A stretch of DNA of 64,000 nt, from contig CAWCYD010000003.1 of the NCBI GenBank assembly GCA_963799775.1, positions 224,001 through 288,000 of the forward strand, in the 5' to 3' direction. Origin of the DNA: an uncultured archaeon. Lineage in GTDB: Archaea; Thermoproteota; Nitrososphaeria; Nitrososphaerales; Gagatemarchaeaceae. Below are positions 31,162 to 41,592 of the stretch, in pieces (position 1 is the first letter of the stretch; each line of letters begins with the position of its first letter). The position numbers and the translations under genes were made by a program. The notes under the pieces were generated by a model. The model saw only the letters and a list, made by a program, of their open reading frames with translations. It was not told the DNA's origin and ran no database searches.

Positions 31162-31245
31162 GGACGGGGGAAACCCTCTGTTCCCCGATTTCGATTCCGC
31201 ATTATTAATATGCGTCGCAGAAAGGAGCCTCTGGGTGCTGATGTA

Positions 31246-32178
31246 GTGAGCGGAGATGCCTGGAAAGGCAGAGACGTCATCAGCATCTTGGACTTTTCGC
31301 GCAAGGAGCTAGAATCTCTTTTCCAGGCGGCGGACGCCTTCGTCGGCCCACCGAGGCCCCGTAATGACCTCGCCGACTACATCATTGCCACCGCGTTCTT
31401 CGAACCGAGCACCAGGACACGTTTGAGCTTCACCACCGCCGCCCTGAGGCTCGGAGCCAGGGTCATCGACCTCTCCCCTGACGTCTCCTCCCTCCAAAAG
31501 GGGGAGAGCCTGCATGACACCACGATGATGCTCGAGGGCTACTCCGACCTCATCGTCATGCGCCATCCGTCGGAGGGAGCCGCCCTCCTTGCGGCGGAGT
31601 TGAGCTCGGTCCCCGTGGTCAACGGCGGAGACGGGTCGCAGCATCACCCGTCCCAGGCGATGCTCGACCTCTTCACGGTCAAGCGGTTGAAGGGAAGGAT
31701 AGACGGCCTGACCTATGCGGTCCTCGGTGACAACCGTTACGCTAGGAGCGCAACGTCCTTCCTCTACGGGCTGACGAAGTTTAAGCCAAAGATGGTCTAC
31801 GTCATCTCACCTGAGACCCTGAGACCCAGGGACGAGATAACAAAGAAGCTAAAGGGTCTGGGCCTGCGTTTCGAGATCCGCTCTGATGTCGAACAGGTGA
31901 TGGCCAACACCGACGTCCTGTATCTCACGCGTATCCAGAAGGAGAGGTTCCCTGATCCAAACGAGTACGAGAAGGTCAAGGGCAGCTACAAGCTCACAAA
32001 GGAGGTCATAGCGAAGGGCCGAAGCGGCCTCATCGTCCTGCACCCTCTCCCACGCTCCACGGAGCTGCCCTACGAGATCGACTCTGCCAAGTCTGCGGCC
32101 TACATGACCCAGGCGCATCTGGGGTGCCCCTCCAGGATGGCCCTCCTCCTGAAGATACTCGGCGGAGGAAGAAACTGA
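31246..32178 (+). CDS. pyrB: aspartate carbamoyltransferase catalytic subunit
   Basis: FFEPSTRT, KGESL, NGGDG..HPSQ, TRIQKER, LHPLPR. Confidence 0.97.
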   Translation: MSGDAWKGRDVISILDFSRKELESLFQAADAFVGPPRPRNDLADYIIATAFFEPSTRTRLSFTTAALRLGARVIDLSPDVSSLQKGESLHDTTMMLEGYSDLIVMRHPSEGAALLAAELSSVPVVNGGDGSQHHPSQAMLDLFTVKRLKGRIDGLTYAVLGDNRYARSATSFLYGLTKFKPKMVYVISPETLRPRDEITKKLKGLGLRFEIRSDVEQVMANTDVLYLTRIQKERFPDPNEYEKVKGSYKLTKEVIAKGRSGLIVLHPLPRSTELPYEIDSAKSAAYMTQAHLGCPSRMALLLKILGGGRN

Positions 32179-32693
32179 TGGGCGTAGAGGCTGTATCGCG
32201 GAAGGGCGGACAGTCCCGGTCCGACGACCATACCACTATGCTGGTGAGGAAGATACCAGATGGCAGCGTGATCGACCACATCGCCGCGGGGAAGGCGCTG
32301 TCGGTCCTGCGGCTTCTCGGCGACCCTCAGGAGAACGGGATAACGATAGCGCTCGTCATGAACGTCAGCAGCTCGAAGATGGGCAAGAAGGACATCGTCA
32401 AGGTGGAGGGGATGGAGATCTCGCCCGAGCAGATCCAACGCCTCGCGCTCATCGCTCCTCGGGCCAGCGTGAACATTGTGCGCGCCTATCGGGTGGTCGC
32501 GAAGCGGAACGCCGTCCCCCCTCGAACGCTGCGGGGCATCCTGAGCTGCACGGCTCCGACCTGCGTCTCAGTGCGTGAGAAGGAGTCCGCACCCTCGATT
32601 TTCTTCCTCTCGGGGCGGTCCCCGCTGAGGTATCGCTGCAAGTATTGCGGCAGGGAGCTCACGGAGAAGGAGATCTCCGCCCAACTGGGATAG
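32178..32693 (+). CDS. pyrI: aspartate carbamoyltransferase regulatory subunit
   Basis: VIDHI.AG, MNVSSSKMGKKDIVK, C..P.C...RCKYC. Confidence 0.95.
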   Translation: MGVEAVSRKGGQSRSDDHTTMLVRKIPDGSVIDHIAAGKALSVLRLLGDPQENGITIALVMNVSSSKMGKKDIVKVEGMEISPEQIQRLALIAPRASVNIVRAYRVVAKRNAVPPRTLRGILSCTAPTCVSVREKESAPSIFFLSGRSPLRYRCKYCGRELTEKEISAQLG

Positions 32694-32700
32694 CTAACGG

Positions 32701-33147
32701 ATGAAGACCAGGGTTTTCACGACAGGGGTCGTGCTCGACCGGGGCAAGCTCCTGATATTGAAGCGAAAGGACGACGACGACACCTACCCGGGGGTGTGGG
32801 ATTGCGTGGGCGGCCACTTTGAAAAGGGCGAGTCCGCCGAGGAGTGCATGCTGCGCGAAGCTCGGGAGGAGAGCGGCCAGCACATGAAGATAGTCAAGGT
32901 TGGGCCGCTCATCGAGTACCTAGACCACTATGGAAGGGTCGTCGCCGTGCCCTTCGTCTTGCGCCCTGACCCGAAGGAGGCAATCAGACTGACGGAGCAC
33001 TCCGAGTACAGATGGATAGGCCTGAGCGAGACGCCCAACTTCGAGATCGTGCCGGACCTCCTAAAGGCCCTCTCAGCCTTCGGACTCGTCCCTGGCGCAG
33101 GTCGTCGGAAGCGACTCAAGGCAGGAGCTGCTCGTCAAAACTCCTGA
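32701..33147 (+). CDS. NUDIX hydrolase
   Basis: GGHFEKGESAEECMLREAREESG Nudix box. Confidence 0.92.
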   Translation: MKTRVFTTGVVLDRGKLLILKRKDDDDTYPGVWDCVGGHFEKGESAEECMLREAREESGQHMKIVKVGPLIEYLDHYGRVVAVPFVLRPDPKEAIRLTEHSEYRWIGLSETPNFEIVPDLLKALSAFGLVPGAGRRKRLKAGAARQNS

Positions 33148-34378
33148 CGTGTCTCTCTCTGTAGAGTGAGACGAGGTAGTAGATGTTGAGGGCGCAGAAG
33201 ACGGAAGCGCCGAGGAAGAGAAGTGCGTTCCTCTCAAAGCTGAACTGCGCGATGAGGCTGCCCTCTATGTCCAGTGCGTGCGGATAGACGGGCGCAAGGA
33301 ACCTGAGAAGCAGTACGTCGTTTGTCATGGTCACGAGGAAGATGACCGCCAAAGAAGCCAGGAACAGTCTCTTCCTCTGCGGGCTCCACAAGCCCACGTC
33401 GATGAGCATGAGCGCGAACAGGTAGAGCGCATATTGCTCGTTCACCTGGCCCCTGAACAGCAGGAAGGCCAGAGTGATCAGGAGCATCGAACGGACAACG
33501 CCGCGCTCGGTGTCGAACCCGAACCACTTGTATCCGAGGACGGTCGCGACCACGACGGCGACCACCCAGGCGTAGCCGACCGAGGACAGAATGCCGACCG
33601 TCGCGCTGTTGGAGATGACGCCTACGTTGTCCAGGAAGAACAGGAACTCCCAGAGCGAGATGCTCAACCCTCCCTTTGTGATCGTGCTCTGGAGCGTGGT
33701 CCCGAAGACAGAGAACGACCATCCCTCCAGGTAGACTATAACCAGACTCAGGACGATCGGGATGCCTACGGCCAAGACCAGATTCCTGAGCATGCCCGGC
33801 CCCCTCGAGAGGGGGACAGAGTAGATCACGGGTATCGACTTTGCAAACGTCGCCAGCCCGGCCCAAGCCCCTCTCAGCGCGCCTGGCCGAGCGCCGAGGC
33901 TGAGCACGACGAACAGCATCGCGATGGAGTCGAACATCCCCCATATCCCGGAGAGCAGGATGTTGAACGGGGAGAAGAGCCAGACCTTCAGGACGAAGCC
34001 TGCCTTGTCAGAGCCTCGTCGCTCAAGGAACCTGAACAGGCAGTAGGCGAGGAGGACATCGCAGACTATGATCGGCTGCTTGAGGAGGAAGTAATACAAG
34101 AACTGGCTCGGGGAGCCTACGATGGCGTAGACCCCGTACAGCCCTGCGAGGAGGAGGGGCCACATCGGGAGGTACGCTACCGTCGGGTTGCCGCCTGCGG
34201 AGATGTTGTTGACGAAGCTCAATCCGGGTGCTGGAGGGACCAAGCCATACGGATTGACTCCCCGGGCTACCCAATAGCCCGTCCTCACCCAGAGCTCAAA
34301 GTCGTAAGGGTGGCCGGTCCAGAAGCTGAACGCCTCTCTGAGAGCCAGACCCAGCACGAGAAGATATCGGAGCCTCAA
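33116..34378 (-). CDS. GT-C membrane glycosyltransferase (GT87/PIG-M-like)
   Basis: TGHPYD, AYLP, LKQPII..D, IWGMFD, QVNEQY; about 11 TM segments. Confidence 0.75.
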   Translation of the reverse strand: MRLRYLLVLGLALREAFSFWTGHPYDFELWVRTGYWVARGVNPYGLVPPAPGLSFVNNISAGGNPTVAYLPMWPLLLAGLYGVYAIVGSPSQFLYYFLLKQPIIVCDVLLAYCLFRFLERRGSDKAGFVLKVWLFSPFNILLSGIWGMFDSIAMLFVVLSLGARPGALRGAWAGLATFAKSIPVIYSVPLSRGPGMLRNLVLAVGIPIVLSLVIVYLEGWSFSVFGTTLQSTITKGGLSISLWEFLFFLDNVGVISNSATVGILSSVGYAWVVAVVVATVLGYKWFGFDTERGVVRSMLLITLAFLLFRGQVNEQYALYLFALMLIDVGLWSPQRKRLFLASLAVIFLVTMTNDVLLLRFLAPVYPHALDIEGSLIAQFSFERNALLFLGASVFCALNIYYLVSLYRERHVRSFDEQLLP

Positions 34379-34396
34379 GACATCGCCTCTGGGAAC

Positions 34397-35248
34397 CTAG
34401 ACGCTCGCCCTGTTCCGGGCCTCGACCAGGTCGACGATCCGGCCGTAGCGCCTCTCACACCCTGTGCAAGCGTTCCCCACGATCTCGCCTCCGCAGACGC
34501 AGATCACGTGAGGCTCGTTTCTGGACGTCGTGCGTCCGGCGCCCTTGGAGATCTTGAACTTGATGAAGAGGTTCATCTTGACGGGCCAAAGTCGTGAAGT
34601 CCCGACATCGAACAGCGACAGAGGAGCGAGCCGTTGGAACTTCGCCGAGATCCTGTTGTCAAACAGCCCGACCCCCCTGATCTCCTCACGCACGAGAGAG
34701 CGGTTTCCATATCGCGACAACCGCGACGGATAGATGAGGTGGCCATTTGAGCTCTTGACGACTCGGCCTCGCTCCCTCCTGAGGGCCTTGGTGATCGAGT
34801 TAGCCTCGCTCATGACGAAGGCTCCTCCATCCCGCCCGACCCGCACGACCTCGGAGAGAAGCGCTGCATGATCCGAGACGTGATGGATCACTCTGACGAG
34901 CGAGACCAAGTCGAACGCGTCGTCGTGGAACGGCAGCGAACCAAGGTCGCTCCGCACAAGCGTGGTCTTCTGGCTCAGCTTGGACGATGCGGCCAGGAGG
35001 TTCCTCCTGGAGTAGTCCAACATGAACATCCTATGGAAATGAGGTTCCAGGACCTTGGTTACTCGGCCGAACCCGCCCCCGAGGTCAAGGCAGGCATCCC
35101 CGCCTGGGAGCGCCCATCCCTCCACGAGGCGCCTCTCTGCGGCGTCCGCCAGCCCTCTCCCTCGCCAGACGCTCGAGAAGTCGTAGGTCTCATAGTCCGG
35201 GATCTCGTCAGGAGCCCGGCCGTCGGGAGCGGCCCCTCCGTCCGTCAC
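34397..35248 (-). CDS. class I SAM-dependent methyltransferase with a C-terminal Cys-rich Zn ribbon
   Basis: LDLGGGFGR, LPFHDDAFD, VIHHV; CVCGG...CTGC; GTG start overlaps the upstream stop. Confidence 0.85.
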   Translation of the reverse strand: MTDGGAAPDGRAPDEIPDYETYDFSSVWRGRGLADAAERRLVEGWALPGGDACLDLGGGFGRVTKVLEPHFHRMFMLDYSRRNLLAASSKLSQKTTLVRSDLGSLPFHDDAFDLVSLVRVIHHVSDHAALLSEVVRVGRDGGAFVMSEANSITKALRRERGRVVKSSNGHLIYPSRLSRYGNRSLVREEIRGVGLFDNRISAKFQRLAPLSLFDVGTSRLWPVKMNLFIKFKISKGAGRTTSRNEPHVICVCGGEIVGNACTGCERRYGRIVDLVEARNRASV

Positions 35249-36525
35249 GGCGCAGCCCTGGGGTTGTCCCTTCTCTCGAAGACGAAGAGCGTCTGGTCTC
35301 CGAATCTGTTGAACGGGAACTTGTCCGCGAGGGCGGCATCCGCCTTCTCGACCAGGAGCAGCCTCGACCTCAATCTCACGTAGAAGTCGTTCAGGCTCGG
35401 CGGAGGGATGACCGCCGGGAGCGCGGCCATCTTGGTCGTCGAGAAATAGGGCTCGAAGAAGCGTGCGAACTCGCGGGGGGAGTAGTAGTATGCAGGGATG
35501 TCCATCCCCCCGACGGAGACCATTATCGGCTGCCTCTTTCTCGGGGCGAGCGTCCCAAACCTGAACTGGACGGCCCGCGAGAGCGACTCCTCGAGGCAGA
35601 GCCTGTTCCTCACAGAGCAGATGAACAGCCCGCCTGGCTCGAGCAGATTCCAGAGCTCCCGTGCCACGCGGCCCACATCGACCTCGCAGTTCAGGGCGCC
35701 GTTGAGAGAGTAGGCCAGCCTCGCCTTCCCTCCCGGCAGCGCCCCGCTGGCTCGCGCGATCTCGGTCGCCCTCAACTGGATGGCCTCTATCCTTGTGGTC
35801 AGGCCTCTCGCGTCCACCTTTCGTCTCAGGAGCGAGATCATCCCCAGAGAGATATCGGTCGCCACGACCTTCCTGACATGCCTCGAGATGCGGATCGCCT
35901 CCGTCCCTGTGCCGCACCCGATCTCGAGAAGCGTGTCGTCCATGCCCGCCCGGCGGATCACTTCCGCAATCGACCTGTCTCTGGTCCAGACATTGATGAA
36001 ATTCCCCTTTATCGTGAAATCGTATTCCTCAGAGGCCGAGTCGAAAGCGGTGGCTACCGAGTCGAGGTAGTCCGCGCTCTTGGACGTCCATGCCCGAAAG
36101 TCAAGCTTCACGTCGTCCTCTCCCCTGATGGCGCCGCGGAGGGTCGCGGGGCATGTCGGAACCAGGCGCATCGCGCGCGTCGTGGCGCTGGAGTACCAGT
36201 CCTTGACTGTCCTAGCACCGTATTTCTTCGTGTAGAGCCCTCGCATCATCTCACCCTCTGGGGACTCCTCGCAGGAGACCGGCTGCACGTGGTCGCCCAG
36301 CCGGACCTTGGCGACTCGGGAGGCGAGCGCGTTGAGGAACCAATCGGTGTTCGGTGTCCCTGCGAACACGTAGTACGCCCCCTGCGAAATGACGAAGCGC
36401 ATCATAGCGACGTGCGGGATGCCGCTCCTCCTCCCGGTGGTGATCAGCTTCAGCGTCGTCGCGTTCGTTCCCGGAGGGAACTCGCGACCCTGTTCTTGGA
36501 TCGACTCGGCGGCCATCTCAGCCAT
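35245..36525 (-). CDS. DDN-like (deazaflavin-dependent split barrel) domain fused to a class I SAM methyltransferase
   Basis: N-terminal LITTGRRSG.PH...DWFLN; C-terminal LEIGCGTG, DIS..M, GALNC. Confidence 0.75.
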   Translation of the reverse strand: MAEMAAESIQEQGREFPPGTNATTLKLITTGRRSGIPHVAMMRFVISQGAYYVFAGTPNTDWFLNALASRVAKVRLGDHVQPVSCEESPEGEMMRGLYTKKYGARTVKDWYSSATTRAMRLVPTCPATLRGAIRGEDDVKLDFRAWTSKSADYLDSVATAFDSASEEYDFTIKGNFINVWTRDRSIAEVIRRAGMDDTLLEIGCGTGTEAIRISRHVRKVVATDISLGMISLLRRKVDARGLTTRIEAIQLRATEIARASGALPGGKARLAYSLNGALNCEVDVGRVARELWNLLEPGGLFICSVRNRLCLEESLSRAVQFRFGTLAPRKRQPIMVSVGGMDIPAYYYSPREFARFFEPYFSTTKMAALPAVIPPPSLNDFYVRLRSRLLLVEKADAALADKFPFNRFGDQTLFVFERRDNPRAAP

Positions 36526-36526
36526 G

Positions 36527-37475
36527 TCACCGCGAAGAGGATGCGATGTCCAGGTACATCCTTCCTAGGCGCCTATACTTGTTCGACTCGTAGATGCAGT
36601 GGTCTGGCCCTATCCTTGTCTCGAACTCTGACCACCGTCTTCCAAACTTCGCAAACTTTCTGTTCAGCGCCCAGGACTTCATCCTGAGGAAGGAACCCAC
36701 AGTGTGGTAGAGGAGCTGGTTGAGCACTGCGGGACGAGCACCCGCACGCGCGGAGGAGGCGCCCCTCCCCTCCGAGTCCGTCTCCAGCACCCTGATGTCG
36801 TAGAGGGCCGGAAAGTGGACTTTCATCCACTTCGCCTCTTCCAGCAACCCGTGGTATGTCTTCCTGCCTTCGATGAGCTTCACGGTGAGGGCGTCCCTCG
36901 CGAAGATGGGGGTCCTGAGGGGTCCTGAAAGTCCGCTCAGCCCACGCCTCATCCATCTCGAAGCTGAAGCAGAGTTCGGGCACTCCTCTCCTTGACGCCC
37001 TGTATATCCTAGCGAGGAGCAGGCCCTTTAGCATGAACGGCCAGAGGCGGCCTGGCTTGGTCACGCAGAAGTAGTCGATGTCCTCGTCCTCGCTGGCCGT
37101 GAGGTAGGAGTTCGCACCTCCGACCGAGACCAAGAGGGTGCCCTTTGCGAGAAACTTGCCAAAGTCCCTCGCGATCGCTAGGTTTGCTCGGGCCCTCTGC
37201 TTGCTCTTCTCCTCCTCGACGACTATCCTCTTGAGGTCTTTGTCGAGATCCCGCGTCCTCTCAACGACGTAGCCCGACTGCACGACGAACTTGGAGGCCA
37301 GCGAGGGATCCCTCCGGAACGCCTCGTCCAGTTCCTGCTCCCTCGCGTCTATCGGGACCAGTGCGATGAGTTCGCGTAGGGAGATGAGCGCGCCGTTCTC
37401 TCTTGCTATCTGGCAGAACATCCCCACCTCTCGCGCCTGCTTGTCGGTCAGCGTGAGGCTGGTCTCACTGGTCAT
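36527..37475 (-). CDS. nucleotidyltransferase-like (pol-beta fold) protein (frameshift near 36920)
   Basis: VSVGGANSY...DEDIDYFCVT..GRLW. Confidence 0.65.
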
Positions 37476-38431
37476 ATCTCTTCCAGATCGCAAGGTTCTT
37501 GGAAGTCATGGTGTCCCACAGCGCACCGGAGACGGCGATAAGTTCCCCTATCCCCGCCGCTGGCAGCGCCAACACGAGTCTGGGCTTGCCCGCAAGCTCC
37601 CTGATCACTATCTTCAGGCTCGAGGACGGGCTGAAGAACATCATCGTCTCCACCGTGCGGGGGGCCTTGCCCACGAGCCTCTTGACCTGGATGTGCCCGA
37701 AGAGTATCCTCCTCCTCTGGGCAATCAGGTCGACCATCCTCCGGGGGACGTCGATCTGCACTAGCGCGTCCCGTTGGAACCCAACTCTGAAGCCTCTTTC
37801 GCGGATCCTTCCGGCGATGTAGGCCCCGTCGTTGACCACCCCCGGCGGAAGCTGGGGGAGCAGCTTCTTCCTGATTACCATTAACTCGTCGGTCCCGTGG
37901 TTGACCTGGTTCGCGTGCCTCGGGTCGGACGAGAGGAGGTTGAACGATGTCCACATGAGCTCGAGGACGTCTGCGATCAGGCCCTTCGGTTTTTCGAAGA
38001 TCGGCCTCCCCGAGATGAAGCCGAACTTCTCGCCTTGGTCGATGCTCTGGAGGAGGACGGGGATCGACATCGGGTTTATCATCGCGTCGGCGTTGACGTA
38101 GACCAGGTAGTCTCCCTCTGTCTCCCTGAATACCTCGTTTATCGCGTCCGCCTTGCCGGTCCTCGTCTTGTGCTCTATGAGCTTCAATCTCTTGTCCTTG
38201 GCTGCCACCGCCTTCGCGACGCCGAGTGTCTCTTCGGAGCAGTCGCTGGCGACAAGGACGATCTTCGCGAGGATGAAGTTCGGCATCTCGCTGGACAGGA
38301 CTGTGTCTAGCAGGGTCGCCTAGCGCCGGCGGAGTTCCGGTGGCGCAGATCCCGACGGTGTAGGTGCAGGGCCTGTGCTTGCTCGCCTGACCGCTCGCGG
38401 GTGTCGAACTGACCTCCTCGGATTTCTGCAT
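37465..38431 (-). CDS. GT2 glycosyltransferase (frameshift near the N-terminus)
   Basis: GKADAIN, VNADA, VNDGAYI, QRRRI..GH. Confidence 0.85.
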
Positions 38432-38622
38432 TTTTGAGCACCTCTATTCAGATTGCGGCAAACGGGAAGTCTGCCTGCTCTTGAGAATGTCGCTCTTCCG
38501 TCTCATAAGGGTTTGCTCGATGATTTGGGACGAATTTTGAAGAAGCGTTAATACTCGCCTCGACCCGCAACGTTGACTAGTCTCTAGGGAAGCTGCATGT
38601 CCACGGATTCGAAGGGATTGAC

Positions 38623-40220
38623 TTGAGGCAAGGGCTCCGGAGGTTCCTCATCGGTGTCGGCGCGGGCGCGGTGGCGTTGTCAATCTCATTCGTCATCAGG
38701 CTCTACTTCGGGGGTCTCTTCCTCCCCGAGGTCGCGGTGGGGGCGCTTGTGACGAACACGCCCGGCTCGGTGGAGTCCGTCCTCGTCAGCAACCTGCAGT
38801 ATCTGGCAAAGTACTCGGCCCTGACGGGAGCGATAGCGGTCAATCTGGCCCTATACGGGTCCTTGCCTGGTCTCTATCCGGTGTGAGCGGAAGAAGGGGT
38901 TATGGGGATCGTCTTTCGATCTACATGTTCGCGGCATACGGGATCCTCTTCATCATCACTCTCGTCACTCTCACTTTCACGCAGATCCTCAGCTCACCGC
39001 AGCCTATCTCGACGGTCATGTTGACCCTCATCCCGCCCCAGTTCGCCTTCGGCTTGGTCCTGGTGACTGCGGAGAAGTACGCCCCGGTCCAGACGGGCGT
39101 GATCTGCGAGCCACTCAAACCGAAGTCGAGCTCACGCTCGGGGAGGGGCAACAAGCAGAAGTTCGACAGGAGGAGGCGGCTGGTCGATCAGGGCTGGCGC
39201 CGCGACCGCTGTCGCCGGGGTCCTGCTCTACTACGGGGTGAGCCTGCTCTTCCCGAAGGCGAGGCGTGAGAGGACCGAGGCTGTCAGCACGCTCTACGCG
39301 CAGGAGGTCACGCCGAACGAGCCAGTTCTACCGGGTCGACGTCAACATATTCCCTCCGAGCGTCGACTCTAGCACCTGGTCCCTGAGCGTCTCGGGCCTC
39401 GTCGCGAACCCGACGACCCTGACCTACGAGCAGCTCCATGGCCATGCAACCGGTGGAGCAGTACAACACGCTCGAGTGCGTCAGCAACGACGTCGGGGGC
39501 GACCTGATCAGCACGGCGAAGTGGACGGGCGTGAAGCTCGAGGACATCCTGCAGCCAGGCGCAGGGTCAGCCGCAGGCCACCTACGTGGTCTTCAAGGCC
39601 ACCGACGGCTACAGCGTCGGGATACCGATGGAGAAGGCCATGGACTCGACGGGACGATCCTGGCCTACGAGATGAACGGCGAGCCGCTCCCCGCAGGAGC
39701 ACGGGTACCCCGCCCGGCGATAGTCCCCGGATACTACGGGATGATGAACGCAAGTGGATGACGGGCATAGAAGCTGGTCGACGAGACCTACCAGGGATAC
39801 TGGCAGGTCCGCGGATGGGAGAAACGAGGCGCAGTACGAGACGAGCTCCTCCATAGTCGTCACCCCGGGACCGCCCAGGTCGCCGACAGGTTCGGGATCG
39901 CACCGCGCCGTCAGGTCCCGCTGGGTCTGAACGCCCATCGCTGGCGTGGCGTTCGCCGGAGACAGAGGGATAGAGAAGGTCGAGGTCAGCACAGACGGCG
40001 GAAAGACGTGGACGCCAGCCAGCGTGAAAGACCCTCTCTCGGAGTACACCTGGGTGCTCTGGACCGCCGAGTGGAACCCCCCGCCGACGGGGAAGTACTC
40101 GATCGCCGTGCGGGCGACCGACGGGACCGGGCAGGTCCAGACGGCGATCGATGGCCTCGCCCGTTCCCGGGCGGGGCGACGGGCTACAACATCGTCGACG
40201 TCGGCGTCACCTCTGGCTAG
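38623..40220 (+). CDS. membrane-anchored sulfite oxidase-family molybdopterin oxidoreductase (several frameshifts)
   Basis: FYRVD, TLECVSN..GG.LIS.AKWTGV, LAYEMNGEPL, VPGYYG, AFAGDRGIEKVEVS. Confidence 0.85.
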
Positions 40221-40224
40221 AGGC

Positions 40225-40506
40225 TCACAGCGTTATCTTCAGCAGGACGGCCAAGCCCACGAACTCGAGCACCGATATCATCGACAGGTAGGGGAGCGCA
40301 GCCTCTCCAAAGAATGGCGCCATAGTCGCGTAGGAGTAGGCAGTAAGCACGCTGTTCGCCAGGAGCAGGATCGCAAAGAACATCAGCCCTACCGAGTGCG
40401 CGGCGTGGCTCCTGGTCGCGATCCCCGCGAAGACCACCAACAGGACGACGAGGAGCGCCGCGTTGAGGACCGAGAAGACAATGGCGACGTCCATCATTGG
40501 GTGCAT
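40225..40506 (-). CDS. small three-TM membrane protein
   Basis: Hydrophobic 93-aa ORF divergent from the wHTH gene. Confidence 0.7.
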   Translation of the reverse strand: MHPMMDVAIVFSVLNAALLVVLLVVFAGIATRSHAAHSVGLMFFAILLLANSVLTAYSYATMAPFFGEAALPYLSMISVLEFVGLAVLLKITL

Positions 40507-40604
40507 TATTCAGAAAGCCACCCGTTTTCGGGCCTGCAAAGTATTAAGGATATTTCATATTCTCGGCGCTATGGGTAAATAGCGAGCCAGGAAGTTCAGC
40601 CCTC

Positions 40605-40910
40605 GTGCAGGACAACCAGGACCTGCGCCGTCTTTTGTGGTATCTCCTCGGAGCGACGCGAGGTGGCGAAATGAGAGCCCGGCTCATCCACTCTCTGAAG
40701 GTCCAGCCGGGGAACATGAACCAGCTTGCGAAGCGACTGGGCGTCGAATACAGGACGATCCAGCACCACATAGAGGTCTTGAAGAAGAACTCGCTCGTAA
40801 ACTCCACAGGAGACCACTACGGGCTCACCTACTTCCTGACTCCTTGGTTGGAGGCACACATCGACGTCTTCTACGAGCTGTGCGACAAGCTCAAGTTCAA
40901 ACTTGAATGA
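40605..40910 (+). CDS. ArsR-like winged HTH regulator
   Basis: LLWYLLGATRGG..R, NMNQLAKRLGVEYRTIQHHIEVL. Confidence 0.88.
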   Translation: MQDNQDLRRLLWYLLGATRGGEMRARLIHSLKVQPGNMNQLAKRLGVEYRTIQHHIEVLKKNSLVNSTGDHYGLTYFLTPWLEAHIDVFYELCDKLKFKLE

Positions 40911-40978
40911 ATCTCTAGCGAATCTGCAACTGAGTTTGAAATATCGATAAATAGAAAATCCGGCTCAGCGGTTTTCAT

Positions 40979-41527
40979 ATGCAGATCCAAGGCTCCGGCC
41001 GAACCGCGATATCTAACACCGTCTTCGCCGTGACCGTCGTCGTCCTCTTGGTGGTGGCAGCCAGCGGCTTCTTGCTCTATGCGAACAGGTCCCCGATGGA
41101 GGAGACGATGACCGTCACCTCCACGGCCTCGGCGGCGTCGTCGACCCAGACCTCCACAATGTCCAACGAGGCCGTCGCCTTCGCCGCCGTACACGGGCAG
41201 ATGTTCGGGAGCGGCTGGCTGGTCGTCGCGCCTTTGGGCAACGGCGATTACGCCGTGACTGTGCAGGCGACAGGCCTGGAGCCATCGGCCATGGGCAACT
41301 ATATCGTCGAGGCCGCCCAGAAGACAGGGCAGATGGCAAACGTGCCCATCGCGGGCACGAACGACACCCAGAGCGAGTTCGACGCTGATGTCCACGGGAC
41401 CGGGGTCTACTTCACGACCCTCATGGAGAACCCGGCGTCGACCTACGAGAGCGTGTCGCTCGTGTACCTCCCAGGGATGGAGATGCAGAACGCGACCGTC
41501 GTGGCCACCGCGCCTCTCACGATGTAG
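40979..41527 (+). CDS. exported/membrane-anchored protein with a class III-like signal
   Basis: GRTA|ISNTV followed by a TM and a Ser/Thr linker; Met-rich. Confidence 0.65.
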   Translation: MQIQGSGRTAISNTVFAVTVVVLLVVAASGFLLYANRSPMEETMTVTSTASAASSTQTSTMSNEAVAFAAVHGQMFGSGWLVVAPLGNGDYAVTVQATGLEPSAMGNYIVEAAQKTGQMANVPIAGTNDTQSEFDADVHGTGVYFTTLMENPASTYESVSLVYLPGMEMQNATVVATAPLTM

Positions 41528-41592
41528 AAGCGGGCCGCCCCTTCGAACTTTTAGCCCCACCCGGTCACCCCGAGGCCGTGGAGGCCAGCAAC

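Noticed and set aside
34397-35917. 506-aa methyltransferase
   Set aside because: The N-terminal part overlaps the upstream gene out of frame. The likely start is GTG 35248.
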